DNA from: Tolypothrix carrinoi HA7290-LM1
Lineage (GTDB): Bacteria > Cyanobacteriota > Cyanobacteriia > Cyanobacteriales > Nostocaceae
Length of the DNA stretch: 56,399 nt
Assembly (NCBI GenBank): GCA_019358935.1
Contig: JAHHIK010000053.1
Span: forward strand, 1-56,399
Reading direction: 5' to 3'
Position 1 is the stretch's first letter. Every line of letters begins with the position of its first letter. Below, piece after piece: positions 10,895 to 22,608 of the stretch. A program made the translations under genes and the position numbers. A model generated the notes under the pieces. That model was not told the origin of the DNA. It saw nothing but the letters and a program-made list of their open reading frames with translations, and searched no databases.

Positions 10895-11236
10895 ATGGGT
10901 AGATGGACACCGCTTATTCTTATGGCTGGAGGCTTGGCAATTTTGCTAGGTACATTGTTAGGTATAAACTTTCCTATGGGTGGACAAAATGCAAGCGCTC
11001 CACCTGTCAGGGGTAGATCCGAAGTCTTACCTGCCAATCTTAATGTTAATAGCAGTGGCACGAGAAATCAGGGCGAAAATCGCAACAGCGTTGCTCAGAA
11101 TAACTCTCAAGAGTCAACTAGCGAAAATAATCAAGAGCAAACCGATAACACTCCAGACCCAACCCCTGATAATTCTCAATCACCCGACCAATCAACTGAT
11201 ACAAATTCCGGCGAACCAGTTCGCGCTTTATGGTAG
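10895..11236 (+). CDS. Hypothetical membrane-anchored low-complexity protein
   Basis: GGAG RBS, N-terminal hydrophobic helix, polar tail ending PVRALW. Confidence 0.7.
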   Translation: MGRWTPLILMAGGLAILLGTLLGINFPMGGQNASAPPVRGRSEVLPANLNVNSSGTRNQGENRNSVAQNNSQESTSENNQEQTDNTPDPTPDNSQSPDQSTDTNSGEPVRALW

Positions 11237-11254
11237 GAACTACAAGGAGTGATT

Positions 11255-11408
11255 TGGGAATTGGGAATTGGTAATTGGGCATGGGGCAATGGGCATTGGG
11301 CATTGGTAATTGGGAACGTGAGAATTGGGAAAAAGGTAATTGGTAACGCATTTTTTCCCATTACCCATTACCCATTACCCATTCCCCATTCCCCATTCCC
11401 CATTCCCC
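11255..11408. repeat. STRR tandem repeats
   Basis: (TGGGAAT/TGGGCAT)n then (TTACCCA/TTCCCCA)n. Confidence 0.8.
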
Positions 11409-11470
11409 GTGTTTGTTCAGAGTTATGAGTTGTTAGTATCTAAGAACTAATAACTAATGATTAATAACTA

Positions 11471-13630
11471 ATGAATAATGACGTTTTAATTATCGGTGGC
11501 GGCGTTATTGGTTTAGCGATCGCCATTGAACTAAAATTGCGAAGTTGCAATGTTACCGTACTTTGCCGCGACTTTAAAGCTGCCGCAACCCACGCAGCTG
11601 CCGGTATGTTAGCACCAGATGCCGAAAACATCTCAGGTGAGGCGATGCAGTCTTTGTGTAGGCGATCGCGTCGTTTATATCCAGACTGGACACGCAAACT
11701 AGAAGACCTTACAGGCTTAAATACTGGTTACTCATCTTGCGGCATTTTAGCACCGATTTATGGGGAAGGGGGACTCCAAGGAGACAAGGAGACAAGGAGA
11801 CAAGGAGACAAGGAGACAAGGAGACAAGGAGGACAAGGAGGACAAGGAGGACAAGGAGGACGACTTGGGGAATTTTCTCCCCATCTTACCCACTCCCCAC
11901 TCCCTAATCCCTACTCCCCTTCTTCCTCTGCTTACTGGTTAGATAAAGAGGCAATTCATCAATATCAGCCGGGATTGGCAGATGAAGTAGTTGGTGGCTG
12001 GTGGTATCCTGAAGATGGGCAAGTAGATAATAGAGCTTTAGCGCGGGTATTGTGGACAGCAGCAGAGTCCCTCGGCGTTGAACTCAAAGAAGGCATTACA
12101 GTTGAAGCTATTGAACAGCAGCAGGGACAAGTTTTAGGCGTACAAACTAACGCTCTTGCAATTTGTGCTGAACATTATGTTTTAGCCGGGGGTGCTTGGT
12201 CGAATGAATTGTTACCCTTACCCGTGCGTCCGAAAAAAGGGCAAATGCTGAGTTTGCGATCGCCAGAATTTCTGCCGGAATTGCCCTTAAAACGGATTTT
12301 GTATGGACAAGATATTTACATCGTACCAAGGCGCGACAGACGGATTATCTTAGGCGCAACTAGCGAAGATGTTGGCTTCACTCCTCACAACACCCCAGCC
12401 GGCATATCATACTTACTACAATCAGCTATCCGCCTATATCCGCAATTACAAGATTATCCGATTGAGGAATTCTGGTGGGGATTTCGCCCTGCTACCCCCG
12501 ATAAATTACCTATTCTGGGCACTAGTCACTGTAAAAATTTAACTTTAGCTACTGGTCATTACCGTAATGGGATTCTGCTGGCGCCGATAACAGCGGCATT
12601 GATTGCCGATTTAATTTGCGAACAAAAATCGGACTCCATACTAACTCATTTCAACTATTCGCGATTTCTCGCTAAGTCATCTACTACCACCTCAATGCTT
12701 ACCCACTTCCCACTTCCCACTCCCACGCCAGGTGCTACAACGGGGGGAACCCCACGCCAGTCGCCTCAACGGAGGGAACCTCCGCACAGCGCTGGCTCCG
12801 CAACGCACTGGCTCCCCCTCCTCCCCTCCCCCCCTCTTGATTCACCTTTGATAATTGCTGGCAAAACTTTTCAATCTCGGTTGATGACGGGAACTGGTAA
12901 ATATCGCAGCGTTGAGGAAATGCAGCAAAGTATCATCGCTAGCGGTTGCCAAATTGTAACTGTGGCGGTGCGACGAGTACAAACTAAAGCACCGGGACAT
13001 GAAAATTTAGCGGAAGCACTCGATTGGGCAAAAATCTGGATGTTGCCGAATACCGCAGGTTGTCAAACGGCAGAAGAAGCGATTCGCGTTGCCCGTTTGG
13101 GACGGGAAATGGCAAAGCTATTAGGACAGGAAGATAATAATTTTGTCAAGTTGGAAGTGATACCCGATGCGAAATATTTACTTCCAGATCCAATCGGGAC
13201 GCTGCAAGCGGCAGAACAACTGGTGAAAGAAGGTTTTGCTGTATTGCCTTATATCAATGCTGACCCGATGTTAGCGAAACGTTTGGAAGAAGTGGGCTGT
13301 GCAACTGTAATGCCTTTAGCATCGCCGATTGGATCTGGACAAGGGCTAAAAACAACAGCGAATATTCAGATCATTATTGAAAATGCTGGTGTACCGGTGG
13401 TGGTAGATGCGGGAATTGGATCGCCTTCAGAGGCAGCGCAAGCGATGGAAATGGGCGCAGATGCTTTGTTGATTAATAGCGCGATCGCTCTTTCTCAAAA
13501 CCCCGCAGCAATGGCGCAGGCGATGAATATGGCTACATACGCCGGTCGTCTAGCATATCTTGCTGGCAGAATGCCTATTAAAAATTATGCCAGCGCAAGT
13601 TCACCCCTTCAGGGGACAATTACTAGCTAG
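11471..13630 (+). CDS. thiG: Fused glycine oxidase ThiO / thiazole synthase ThiG
   Basis: N-terminal [27 protein letters not shown] (ThiO). C-terminal [34 protein letters not shown] (ThiG). Confidence 0.95.
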   Translation: MNNDVLIIGGGVIGLAIAIELKLRSCNVTVLCRDFKAAATHAAAGMLAPDAENISGEAMQSLCRRSRRLYPDWTRKLEDLTGLNTGYSSCGILAPIYGEGGLQGDKETRRQGDKETRRQGGQGGQGGQGGRLGEFSPHLTHSPLPNPYSPSSSAYWLDKEAIHQYQPGLADEVVGGWWYPEDGQVDNRALARVLWTAAESLGVELKEGITVEAIEQQQGQVLGVQTNALAICAEHYVLAGGAWSNELLPLPVRPKKGQMLSLRSPEFLPELPLKRILYGQDIYIVPRRDRRIILGATSEDVGFTPHNTPAGISYLLQSAIRLYPQLQDYPIEEFWWGFRPATPDKLPILGTSHCKNLTLATGHYRNGILLAPITAALIADLICEQKSDSILTHFNYSRFLAKSSTTTSMLTHFPLPTPTPGATTGGTPRQSPQRREPPHSAGSATHWLPLLPSPPLDSPLIIAGKTFQSRLMTGTGKYRSVEEMQQSIIASGCQIVTVAVRRVQTKAPGHENLAEALDWAKIWMLPNTAGCQTAEEAIRVARLGREMAKLLGQEDNNFVKLEVIPDAKYLLPDPIGTLQAAEQLVKEGFAVLPYINADPMLAKRLEEVGCATVMPLASPIGSGQGLKTTANIQIIIENAGVPVVVDAGIGSPSEAAQAMEMGADALLINSAIALSQNPAAMAQAMNMATYAGRLAYLAGRMPIKNYASASSPLQGTITS

Positions 13631-13631
13631 G

Positions 13632-13780
13632 GGGAGGGGGACAAGGGGGACAAGGGGGACAAGGGGGACAAGGGGGACAAGGGGGACAAGGGGGACAAGG
13701 GGGACAAGGGGGACAACTGTTTTTTCTATTACCCATTCCCAATTACCCATTACCCATTCCCAATTACCCATTCCCCACAA
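13632..13780. repeat. Tandem repeats (GGGGGACAA)n and (TTACCCA)n
   Basis: Directly visible 9-mer and 7-mer arrays. Confidence 0.85.
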
Positions 13781-13896
13781 ATAATCTGAAAAAATCAATA
13801 ATGATTAAGTTTTGTTAAGATTTGTATCCTAAGTGTAAAGTAAAATCTTAAGTTTCTGTAACATTAAATAAACAAACAGAAGTAAGGAATCGATTC

Positions 13897-14076
13897 ATGC
13901 CGTACACAACAGAAGAAGGCGGTCGTCTGAATAATTTTGCCCGTGAACCAAAGGTATATCAAGCAGAACCTCCCAGCGACGGACAAAAGCGCAACTATAT
14001 TTTTCTGGGAATTGCCGCTACAGTTTTGGTTGGGGGCTTGATTTTCGTAGCCTTCTCTGTTTCCAGTGTGGCTTGA
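13897..14076 (+). CDS. psb34: Psb34/Ssl1498-family photosystem II assembly protein (59 aa, not in the ORF track)
   Basis: MPYTTEEGGRLNNFAREPKVYQAEPPSDGQKRNYIFLGIAATVLVGGLIFVAFSVSSVA; AAGGA RBS upstream. Confidence 0.9.
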   Translation: MPYTTEEGGRLNNFAREPKVYQAEPPSDGQKRNYIFLGIAATVLVGGLIFVAFSVSSVA

Positions 14077-14325
14077 TAAACGGTTAAAAAGCCTAGGATT
14101 GTGACTTGAGCGATCGCCTACATTTTCAGCTTGCATAAATGAAGTTGCAAGCGTACTCTACACAAAACTTAATTTTTACACTTTTTCGGGTTCCCAATTT
14201 TTGAGGAACCTAATTTTTTCGGGAAATAGGACTTGACAAATGTACAAAATAATGCATTTGAAAAGAGCGATCGGCTACCTCAAGCATTAGCGAAGATAAA
14301 CTTCCTCGCAGAAGCTTTGAGAAAT

Positions 14326-15823
14326 TCAGCTAACAAATAGCTTCGACTGTAGTTTGTTGGTGTAGCAGTCGCAGCAATAGCTTGATTTACTCGATATCCT
14401 TGGGAAGTGCAGCACAAAGGAAAAGTCTTTTTGAATAGCATCGTGCAGGTAATATTTTTCAGCATTGTAATATCGTTCAAAGAACACTTTATACAATCTC
14501 ACCCAAGGAGTGCAAACCACTCTCCGTGAGATAAAGGATTTTTCTTACGTTTGATAATGTAGTTTGGTAACTCTTGTTTGAATGCTTCTCGCAAGCACCA
14601 CTTTTCGACTTTATCTTTAACTTTCCAGTCATCTTCTATACTTAAAGCTAATTGCACAACTTCACCATCTAAAAAAGGTACTCGTGTTTCCACATTAAAT
14701 GCCATACTGCACCGATCAACTCTTTGCAATTCAGTGCGGTGTAGGTTCATCAATTTGTGCAAAAATAATTGTTGCAGTTCGGTTTCGGAAATCTTTAGTG
14801 CGTACATATCATAACCACCAAAGAGTTCGTCGCTACCGTCTCCTCCCAATACAACTTTGATACCTGTTGCATGAATTCTTCGATACAATTCAGTGGTTAT
14901 GACTGCATTGATAATATCCCCATACTCGGTTAATTCCGAGATAGCGATCGCAGCTTTTACATGAGATAGTTTTAAATCATTTTTTCCCAAAGGAATAACA
15001 ATCTGTTTTATGCCTTTTTCCCGACAAAACTGTTGAGATATCTCTAAGTCTTCGCTGTTGTCAGTGCCAATTGTGAAAGCACTTGATTTGGGTGAAACTT
15101 AATCGCTTGACTTAAAACAATTGAACTATCCAATCCACCACTATATATAACACCAACAGGCAAATCAGTATTAACCCGCTTTTTTACTGCATTAATAACA
15201 GTGTCATGGAGTTGTAATATAAACTTTTCTAATTTCCAGTTTTTCTTATTATATTCAGGAACAAAGTAACGTTTGGGTTCTTCTGTTTGAGATTTCCAAT
15301 GTCCTGGGGGAAGAACTTGAATTTTTTTGTTTAAAAATGTTAGCGCTTTTAACTCCGAAGCTATGTAAAGTAAGTTCTCATTTTCAACATAATATAAAGG
15401 TACAATACCAATGCGATCGCGAGCGCAAAATATGCGATTTTCTTTAATATCGATAATTACAAATGCAAACTGACCTTCAAAAAGTTGCAAACATTCTTCT
15501 CCATACTCCTCAAATGCATGAAGAACAGTTTCAGTATCGCTTTCTGTTTTGAATTGGTACTTACTTTGTAGCTTATCCTTAATTTATTTAAAGTTAAATA
15601 TCTCACCGTTAAAAACAATTAACTTATCACCACTTTGATTAAATATAGGTTGTATAGCTTGTTCTCTATCAACTATTTTCAACCGCTGAGTTCCAGCTAA
15701 AACTAACTCGTTACTATAAGTTTCTCTAACTTCTCCTCTCGATACTATTGCCTCCATCATCTGTATAAATGGGACATCTTTCTCAATAGCCTTTTCACCA
15801 AAAATTACGACAATTCCGCACAT
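14326..15823 (-). pseudogene. asnB: Asparagine synthase (glutamine-hydrolysing) family amidotransferase, disrupted
   Basis: MCGI, FNGEIFN, SDTE, ARDRIGIVPLYY, SGGLDSS, GDGSDELFGGY, ETRVPFLD. In-frame TAA at 15584-15586 and frameshifts near 15085 and 14520. 3' end approximate. Confidence 0.88.
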
Positions 15824-15838
15824 TATAATTTACCCTTT

Positions 15839-16737
15839 TCATAAACTACTTTCAAAAATTACAGTATAATGTTCTACATATTTAGGATTAAGACAAATGT
15901 GCCATACTCGTTCTTCGTCTATCAAATTGATAATCTGTTTTTCGTAATACTCGTGCAAAGTTGCTTGAATTGATTGAAAAAGTTGTGAGTCTTGGTGAAA
16001 ATACCACTCTCTTTCAATATCGGCAGCATAGCCTGTAGTATGAGAAGTGCTAGCTGGTGCCCAATAACCCAAGCATGAGCATGATGCTTTTGATGCGCTA
16101 CAGTTCTTAAGATACTGTTAACTTGTAGTTTAATCGGTCTAACTTGACCAAGGTGTATGTTAATATTTTGTGTTAATTCATTTAATAACGCTATTGTTGC
16201 TGGCTTGCATTTAGTTGTTTTCATTCCTACCGTTTTTTTCGCTGGATGATTTAACAAGTAGCGAAACGAACGGTGCAAGGGATTAAGCAATCTATTAAAA
16301 GAATCTTCGCGCAAAATACTAAATGCAAAGTTAATTTGAGTTGTTATTTTTTTGCTATGTGCTAAATCGTAAAGTTCTTTATCCTTATTGACATCTGCAT
16401 CATTTTCATAAATAGGGTAATTGGCATACCAATATCTTTCTACTTGCTGTTATAACATAATTTTGATGACTGTTTTTAGTCTATTGATGTCTGAGCGGTT
16501 ACTTGGGAATATAGTTAATAAGCTATTAATTTCTTTAACAAAGTGTTCATTTATTAGTTCATTAACAAAATTTTCTTGTCGGTTGCGAATAAATTCATGA
16601 GTAGCGCCAATAATAGCATCATAACTAGTTATTTTATTAATTTGACTCATAAACTCATCGACCTGACAGCGATATTGCTGGAAATCTTGGCTTATATATT
16701 GATTGAAATTTGAGTAATAATCGGTGATATCTCTCAT
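15839..16737 (-). pseudogene. DUF5715-like / peptidase M15 (LAS-fold) protein, disrupted
   Basis: Three ORF pieces join through an in-frame TAA at 16450-16452 and a frameshift near 16075. Motifs NSILRTVAHQ, SHTTGYAADI, VWHIC. Confidence 0.6.
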
Positions 16738-17289
16738 CTTTTAAGAACTTGATAACCCCAAGCAGGGTAACAACGAGAAATCGCAAGTGTCAATAAATGT
16801 ACGTATAAGTTTACATTTGTTAAATTACATACTTTAATAGTGCGGTTACCACTACCGCTAACAAAAGTCTGAATACAATACGTCGGGTTCTTCAGTCGTC
16901 GGGAGGATGCTACTTTAACCTCTTACCAGTGCTAGCATTATCTATAATTCATAGTTGAGAATTTTTTCAATGCGTAAATTAGAGTAAATTTCCTATTTGC
17001 TAAACGGAATTTTATACTTTGAATTTTGTCCGATTGGGGAGAAGACATCGGTAATAATTCTTTTTCTAGTCTCCAGCAAAGAGTTTCTAATCCCTAATCC
17101 AAGCGTCCCTAATCCCTAGTTCCCGATTTATCCTGAACAGAGTCACAACCGCTTGAAAATCATAGTCATAGCTAGACTTTTAGGCTGCTTGCATAGACTC
17201 CACCCCGTAAGGAGTGGACAGTGCTAAAAACGGTCTTTGCCGCAAGGAACTGTCTGTGATGTAAACTGTGTTTTGGCTATGACGCCTCC

Positions 17290-19497
17290 ATGAGCGTGAA
17301 TGATACTGCACACACCAATAATTCAGCCTGGAATCGGCAAGTATATCACCGTCTGAAACTTGCCCTTAGTCTTCGCTTGCGACGACAAATCTTTTTGGCG
17401 GTATGTGATGATTTAAACCTGAGAAATCAGGTTGCAGCTCGTTTGCATTCAACTTTGGCTTATCCGGTTGGACAAGTGCTATATCAGCCAACAGATTGGC
17501 AAGAAAGCAGCACACCAGCTTATCCGCGATTAGTGACATTGCGGTTGAATTTGAGCGACCCCAATCCGATCGCGCAGATAAATCAATGGTTAACTAATTA
17601 TCCACCGCCAATTGTTGGAGCATCAAAAGACTCACCTGGACGATCTTTGCCAATTCCGGCATTTCAAATTGTTGGAGTAGAGCAGTTAACCAGACAACCA
17701 GTAGCAGTACAACGTTTATTTTTACATTATCTGCGCTTAACCGAGCAGCATTTATCTCTCCAAGAATCGAATCGATTCTTAGAATCGAGTTTGTTATTGT
17801 GGGTACCGCGTCCTTGGTTACACGCTATCCAGCAGTCAGCACCGCAATTTTGGCGTTGTCGTACTGGTGTATTTATGTTTGCCGGCGAACCCACCCCGAC
17901 GACGCAAAACCAAACTTCTCCAGAACGTTTATCCAGTTCGAGAAGTTTGGATTTAGTCAGTTTTGAGGATGCGATTCTTGAAGAATCAGTTACGCAAAGA
18001 GAAATCACAGAAGCAGCTTCTAGCAATTTAAATTTTGGGGAAGATTTCGATTTCCAGACAGAAACCCCAGTTAATCGCGGACACAAACCAGAAGAAGTTC
18101 AAGAGCCAAAATCGGAATTATTCATTGCTGCGACACCAAAGGAAGAGACAGATACATCCAGCCAAAGTGATATTTCATTGCCGCCGAGTTTGCCTCATGT
18201 TAGCAAAGAGTTAAGCGAGTTAGTACTGGCAACAATTAATAATGAAATCGCTCAAGAAGATGATAGTTTGCAACCTCAGCAAATGCTTTTGGAAATTGAG
18301 GAGTTACACTCACGACCAGAAGCGAATGAGGAACTAGCAGCAGCTTATCATCGCTTAGGAAATTTATATCGCATTCGCATCGAGCAAGGACAGTCAACTT
18401 TAGAAAACTTGATGGTAGCAATTGTTGCTTATCAGGAAGCTGTTACTCATGACGAAACCTCACCCCAAGTACCGGATATATTAAATGACTTAGGTACACT
18501 TTACTGGATGCTGTACCGCACACCTCCGAATTCTGAGGAGGGACAAACTTATATAGAACAGGGAATTAAATTTTATCAGTTAGCTTTAAACATGATTGCG
18601 CCCCAAACACACCCGGATACTTATGCGCGGGTGCAAAATAATTTGGGGACAGCTTATGGTGATTTAGCTCGTTTTTCTAATCCCTCAGAAAGTTGGATGC
18701 AAGCGGTTTCAGCTTACAGCGAGGCTTTGCGCTATCGTACAGCCCAAATGGAGCCGTTGAAGTATGCTGCTTGTCAGAATAATTTAGGTACTGCTTATTG
18801 GCATTTGGCACAATATAATCAACCGATGGTGCATTTGAAGAAAGCGATCGCATCTTACAACGAAGCACTAGCTCTTTACAGCAGCGACAACGAACCGCTC
18901 AAATATGGGATGATTCAAAATAACATCGGCACTGCTAACTGGAATCTAGCACAATATGAAAATCCAGCGGAAAATTTACAACAGGCGATCGCTGCCTACA
19001 ACGAAGCTTTAAAATATCGTACACCTGCTAACGTTCCCACAGCAGCAGCCGCTACCCAAAATAATCTTGGTACCGCTTATTGGCATTTGGCAAATCTATC
19101 TCAAACAACAAGAGACGCGCGGCACAAGTTTCTTAAACTTTGCATCACCGCATACGAAGAAGCCCTTGCGCTTGCTCATTCACTGAATGGTGTACCTCTA
19201 AGTTTTGATATCTTTGCTACTCACAATAACTTAGGGCTAGCACATTATCAACTAGCAATAGATCAGTATTTTGATTGCGACAAAGCAGTTCGTTCTCAAC
19301 ACCTAGAAGCAGCGTTAGATAACCATTTGCAAGCTTTAAATGGCTTGAGCAAACAACCAGAAGCTTATCAAACAACTTTCAATTATGTGGTGAAAACAGT
19401 TCGCACATTCCACAATGAATTAGGAATACAAGGACAAAATCTTGCCTTATCTAAAGTTCCAGGTCAGTTGTTGCCAGAAATTTTATCAAAATTGTAA
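17290..19497 (+). CDS. Tetratricopeptide repeat protein
   Basis: Repeated QNNLGTAY(W)HLA...AYxEAL units. Confidence 0.9.
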   Translation: MSVNDTAHTNNSAWNRQVYHRLKLALSLRLRRQIFLAVCDDLNLRNQVAARLHSTLAYPVGQVLYQPTDWQESSTPAYPRLVTLRLNLSDPNPIAQINQWLTNYPPPIVGASKDSPGRSLPIPAFQIVGVEQLTRQPVAVQRLFLHYLRLTEQHLSLQESNRFLESSLLLWVPRPWLHAIQQSAPQFWRCRTGVFMFAGEPTPTTQNQTSPERLSSSRSLDLVSFEDAILEESVTQREITEAASSNLNFGEDFDFQTETPVNRGHKPEEVQEPKSELFIAATPKEETDTSSQSDISLPPSLPHVSKELSELVLATINNEIAQEDDSLQPQQMLLEIEELHSRPEANEELAAAYHRLGNLYRIRIEQGQSTLENLMVAIVAYQEAVTHDETSPQVPDILNDLGTLYWMLYRTPPNSEEGQTYIEQGIKFYQLALNMIAPQTHPDTYARVQNNLGTAYGDLARFSNPSESWMQAVSAYSEALRYRTAQMEPLKYAACQNNLGTAYWHLAQYNQPMVHLKKAIASYNEALALYSSDNEPLKYGMIQNNIGTANWNLAQYENPAENLQQAIAAYNEALKYRTPANVPTAAAATQNNLGTAYWHLANLSQTTRDARHKFLKLCITAYEEALALAHSLNGVPLSFDIFATHNNLGLAHYQLAIDQYFDCDKAVRSQHLEAALDNHLQALNGLSKQPEAYQTTFNYVVKTVRTFHNELGIQGQNLALSKVPGQLLPEILSKL

Positions 19498-19712
19498 ATT
19501 GGTAATGGGTAATTGGTAATGGGTAATTGGTAATTGGTAATTGGTAATGGGTAATTGGTAATTGGTAATTGGTAATTGGTAATAGGGCATAGGGCATTGG
19601 GCATTGGGCAATGGGCTTTTCCCCTTTACCCTCTGAAAATCCCCATGCCCCATTACCCACTACCCATTACCCACTACCCATTACCCATTCCCCATTCCCC
19701 ATTACCCACTAC
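19497..19712. repeat. STRR inverted blocks between convergent genes
   Basis: (TGGTAAT/GGGTAAT)n then (TTACCCA/CTACCCA)n. Confidence 0.8.
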
Positions 19713-20592
19713 CAGTTTCCCATTCTTCATTACTATCTGAATTGATAGCAGAAAATAGTGATGAATAATCAGCAGTAGCTAATGACATTTTCATCGCCAT
19801 TTGCAAAATTTCCCGCACACCTTCGATACTGCTGACATTCAAACCGACTGATTTTGCTTCATCGATAAATAAATCTGTGTCTTTGAGCAAGTGTTTTGTC
19901 GGAAAATTGGGATTGGCATAATTGCCATCTAGCATCCGTTGCAGCTTTTTGTCAAATGTTGGCGCGTAAAGCGAACTATCGCGCAAAATTTGCATAAACA
20001 AGTCCACATCGACACCGTAACGCTGAACGAAACCGAGACTCACAGCAAAGCTGGTAGTTAAAGAAGCAATTAGTTGATTTAGCGCTAATTTGAGTGCAGA
20101 AGCACATCCCACCGAACCTACATGTATAGGTTCTGAACCAAAATGTTGTAATAACTGTAAATAGCGTTGATATTGTTCGCGGTAAGCGCCTACCATGACA
20201 ATCAGTTTGCCATCTGTTGCTTCGGGAATGCTACCGAAAACGGGTGCTTCTAAATACTCTCCGCCTGCGTTAACTACTGAATCTCTAATTTCTTTGCTTT
20301 CAGAAGGAGTAATTGTCCCCATTTGAATGACGGTGCGCCCAGCCAGAGTTCGCCAAGAAGTATCTGAAAGCAGTACACTATAAATTGCTCCGGCGTTAGT
20401 CAGCATGAGAATTACACAATCAGCAGCGCGAATTGCGTGGCGGGGATGTGTTGCAATTTCAGCCCCAGCTGCTTGTAATGGTGCTAATTTTTCTGGGGTG
20501 CGGTTGTAGGCGATTAGCTGTATATTTGCTGCTAACAACCTTTGAGCCATAGGTAGCCCCATTAATCCAGTTCCCAGAAATGCCACCTTCAT
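19702..20592 (-). CDS. NAD(P)-dependent oxidoreductase, 3-hydroxyisobutyrate dehydrogenase family
   Basis: GTGLMGLPMA, YNRT, EAPVFGS, KLALNQ, KDTDL. Confidence 0.92.
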   Translation of the reverse strand: MKVAFLGTGLMGLPMAQRLLAANIQLIAYNRTPEKLAPLQAAGAEIATHPRHAIRAADCVILMLTNAGAIYSVLLSDTSWRTLAGRTVIQMGTITPSESKEIRDSVVNAGGEYLEAPVFGSIPEATDGKLIVMVGAYREQYQRYLQLLQHFGSEPIHVGSVGCASALKLALNQLIASLTTSFAVSLGFVQRYGVDVDLFMQILRDSSLYAPTFDKKLQRMLDGNYANPNFPTKHLLKDTDLFIDEAKSVGLNVSSIEGVREILQMAMKMSLATADYSSLFSAINSDSNEEWETGSG

Positions 20593-20709
20593 TATTATTC
20601 TTCCTTTCGCACACGCGATCGCTTTTCAATAAAACCGAAAGCTAATAGCTATTAGCTATTAGCTGATTTCCCGATAAGCTTGAAGATACTCAAGCTTCAG
20701 TTAAGATGA

Positions 20710-20805
20710 TTAGCCACCAGCAGCAAAAGTAGCCATAATCAAAACTGAAAGTAAAATACCGGGGGTAAGTAGTGTCACTAGCATTAGCAGGTCATGAGTA
20801 GACAT
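20710..20805 (-). CDS. Putative 31-aa single-TM small protein (not in the ORF track)
   Basis: MSTHDLLMLVTLLTPGILLSVLIMATFAAGG*; clean ATG ORF, hydrophobic. Confidence 0.55.
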   Translation of the reverse strand: MSTHDLLMLVTLLTPGILLSVLIMATFAAGG

Positions 20806-21017
20806 AATTTTTACTTGTTGAATGTTTTTGTCTTAACTGCAATCACTGTTATGGTAGACTATCTATCCAAAACGCAGTATTAATATAGTTTTAACTTTTT
20901 AGATTTATTAGAAAATGGGGAATGGGGCAATGGGCATTGGGCATGGGGCATTTTTCCCCTTGTCCTCCTTGTCTCCCTTGTCTCCCTTGTCTCCCTTGTC
21001 CCTAGTCCCCCTAGTCC

Positions 21018-22418
21018 CTAGTCCCCAGTCCCCAGTCCCTTCAATGGTTGAGAAATTTCTGCTTCTTTGAGTCCTTTACTTTGAACTAAGACACCAAAGC
21101 CACCCAATCCCATAGGATCTAAAAGCTGGTGTAGTGCATCTCGTCGTTGCAGCATCTGGGAAATTGGTTGCTGTTGATGAGAAAGAGAAGCGATGCGTAA
21201 ACCTAACCCCAAAGCCATCAAAAACAATCCCTGCTGGGTAAAACCAACTTTTTGCAATATTACGCGATCGCCTGATTTTTCCAAAGCGCTAAAATCAACA
21301 TGAGCCGTGATGTCTTGTCGTCCAATGTTTATATAAGGGTTGTTATGGTGTCGATGCTGATAGTAACACTGTAAAGTTCCTTGCGATCGCCTGGGGTTAT
21401 AGTAACGATTGGCAGGATAGCCATAATCTATTGTTAACAGATACCCGCGCTTCAATCGGTCTGCCACTATACTCAGCCAGTCTACAGCCGCTAAATTAAT
21501 TTCACTGCGGTAGCCATCTGCATAAGCACTTTGAGCAAAATCTATTCCTAATAAATCAAAATATTCAGCTATCTTCTCAGATGAAAGTTCGCCAATTACC
21601 TCGACAAATGGGGGATGGGGAGATGAGGGGGATGAGGGAGACAAGGGGGATGGGGAGCCAGCGCGTTGCGGAGGTTCCCTCCGTTGTAGCGACTGGCGTG
21701 GAGACAAGGGGGATGAGGGAGATGAAAAAGAAATTCCCCCAAGTCGTCCTCCACGCCCGTCGTCTTTGTCACCTTGTCCTCCTTGTCCTCCTTGTCCTCC
21801 TTGTCCTCCACGCCCGTCGTCCACGCCCGTCGTCCTTGTCTCCTTGTCGTCCCCCTCTCCCCGCGTTGTTACATAAATTTCTCGCAGTTGCCCTGCTTCT
21901 AAGGTAAACTGATGCACTGGCAAAGCATCCACTAACTCGTTAGAAAAAAAGCAGCCAGTGATTGATAATGGTGGTATATCCTCTAAATTGCACCAGCGTA
22001 AGGGGAAATCTTGCAAGCGTTGCTGTTGTTCTTGTCTTAAGGCAAGAGACTTCTCTACAATCACATACTCTAATGAGGCAAAAAAGTCAAGGTATTGCCG
22101 TTGTAAATAGTTAAGAATATCTGCTGCTAACAATCCTTGACCGGCTCCCATTTCTACTAGACTAAATGGTTTTGGTTGCCCTAAAATCTCCCACATCTGA
22201 ACAAATTGTTCAGCTAGCAACTCGCCAAAGTCACTACCAAGGTGAACGGAGGTGAAAAAATCACCTTGTTTTCCCAGGTTGACTGCTTTGGTGGAATAAT
22301 AGCCGTGTTCTGGATGATACAGCGCTATGTCCATATATTCGGCAAAAGTAATTCGCCGGTGGGGACTTGAGGCAATGCGCGAGCTGATGATTTCACACAA
22401 CGCTGGATTAGAATCCAT
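21018..22418 (-). CDS. Class I SAM-dependent methyltransferase, MidA/NDUFAF7 family, with an in-frame repeat insertion at about 21605-21860
   Basis: ITFAEYMDIALYHPEHGYY, GDFFTS, EMGAGQG, SNELVDALPVH, IDYGY, QDITAHVDF. The upstream extension in the ORF track is repeat-derived. Confidence 0.92.
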   Translation of the reverse strand: MDSNPALCEIISSRIASSPHRRITFAEYMDIALYHPEHGYYSTKAVNLGKQGDFFTSVHLGSDFGELLAEQFVQMWEILGQPKPFSLVEMGAGQGLLAADILNYLQRQYLDFFASLEYVIVEKSLALRQEQQQRLQDFPLRWCNLEDIPPLSITGCFFSNELVDALPVHQFTLEAGQLREIYVTTRGEGDDKETRTTGVDDGRGGQGGQGGQGGQGDKDDGRGGRLGGISFSSPSSPLSPRQSLQRREPPQRAGSPSPLSPSSPSSPHPPFVEVIGELSSEKIAEYFDLLGIDFAQSAYADGYRSEINLAAVDWLSIVADRLKRGYLLTIDYGYPANRYYNPRRSQGTLQCYYQHRHHNNPYINIGRQDITAHVDFSALEKSGDRVILQKVGFTQQGLFLMALGLGLRIASLSHQQQPISQMLQRRDALHQLLDPMGLGGFGVLVQSKGLKEAEISQPLKGLGTGD

Positions 22419-22608
22419 AGTGGGGACTGGGGACAAGGGGGATAAGGGAGAGAAGGGAGACAAGGGAGACAAGGGGGACAAGGGAGACAAGGGGGACAAA
22501 TGTCCAATACCCATCAACTAACAACTAACCACTAACTTTTGTAGAGACGTTCCAGTGGAACGTCTCTACCTAACCATTAACCACTAACCACCAACCACCA
22601 ACCAATAA

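Noticed and set aside
11471..13630. ThiO-ThiG fusion as a novelty
   Set aside because: Already known in cyanobacteria.
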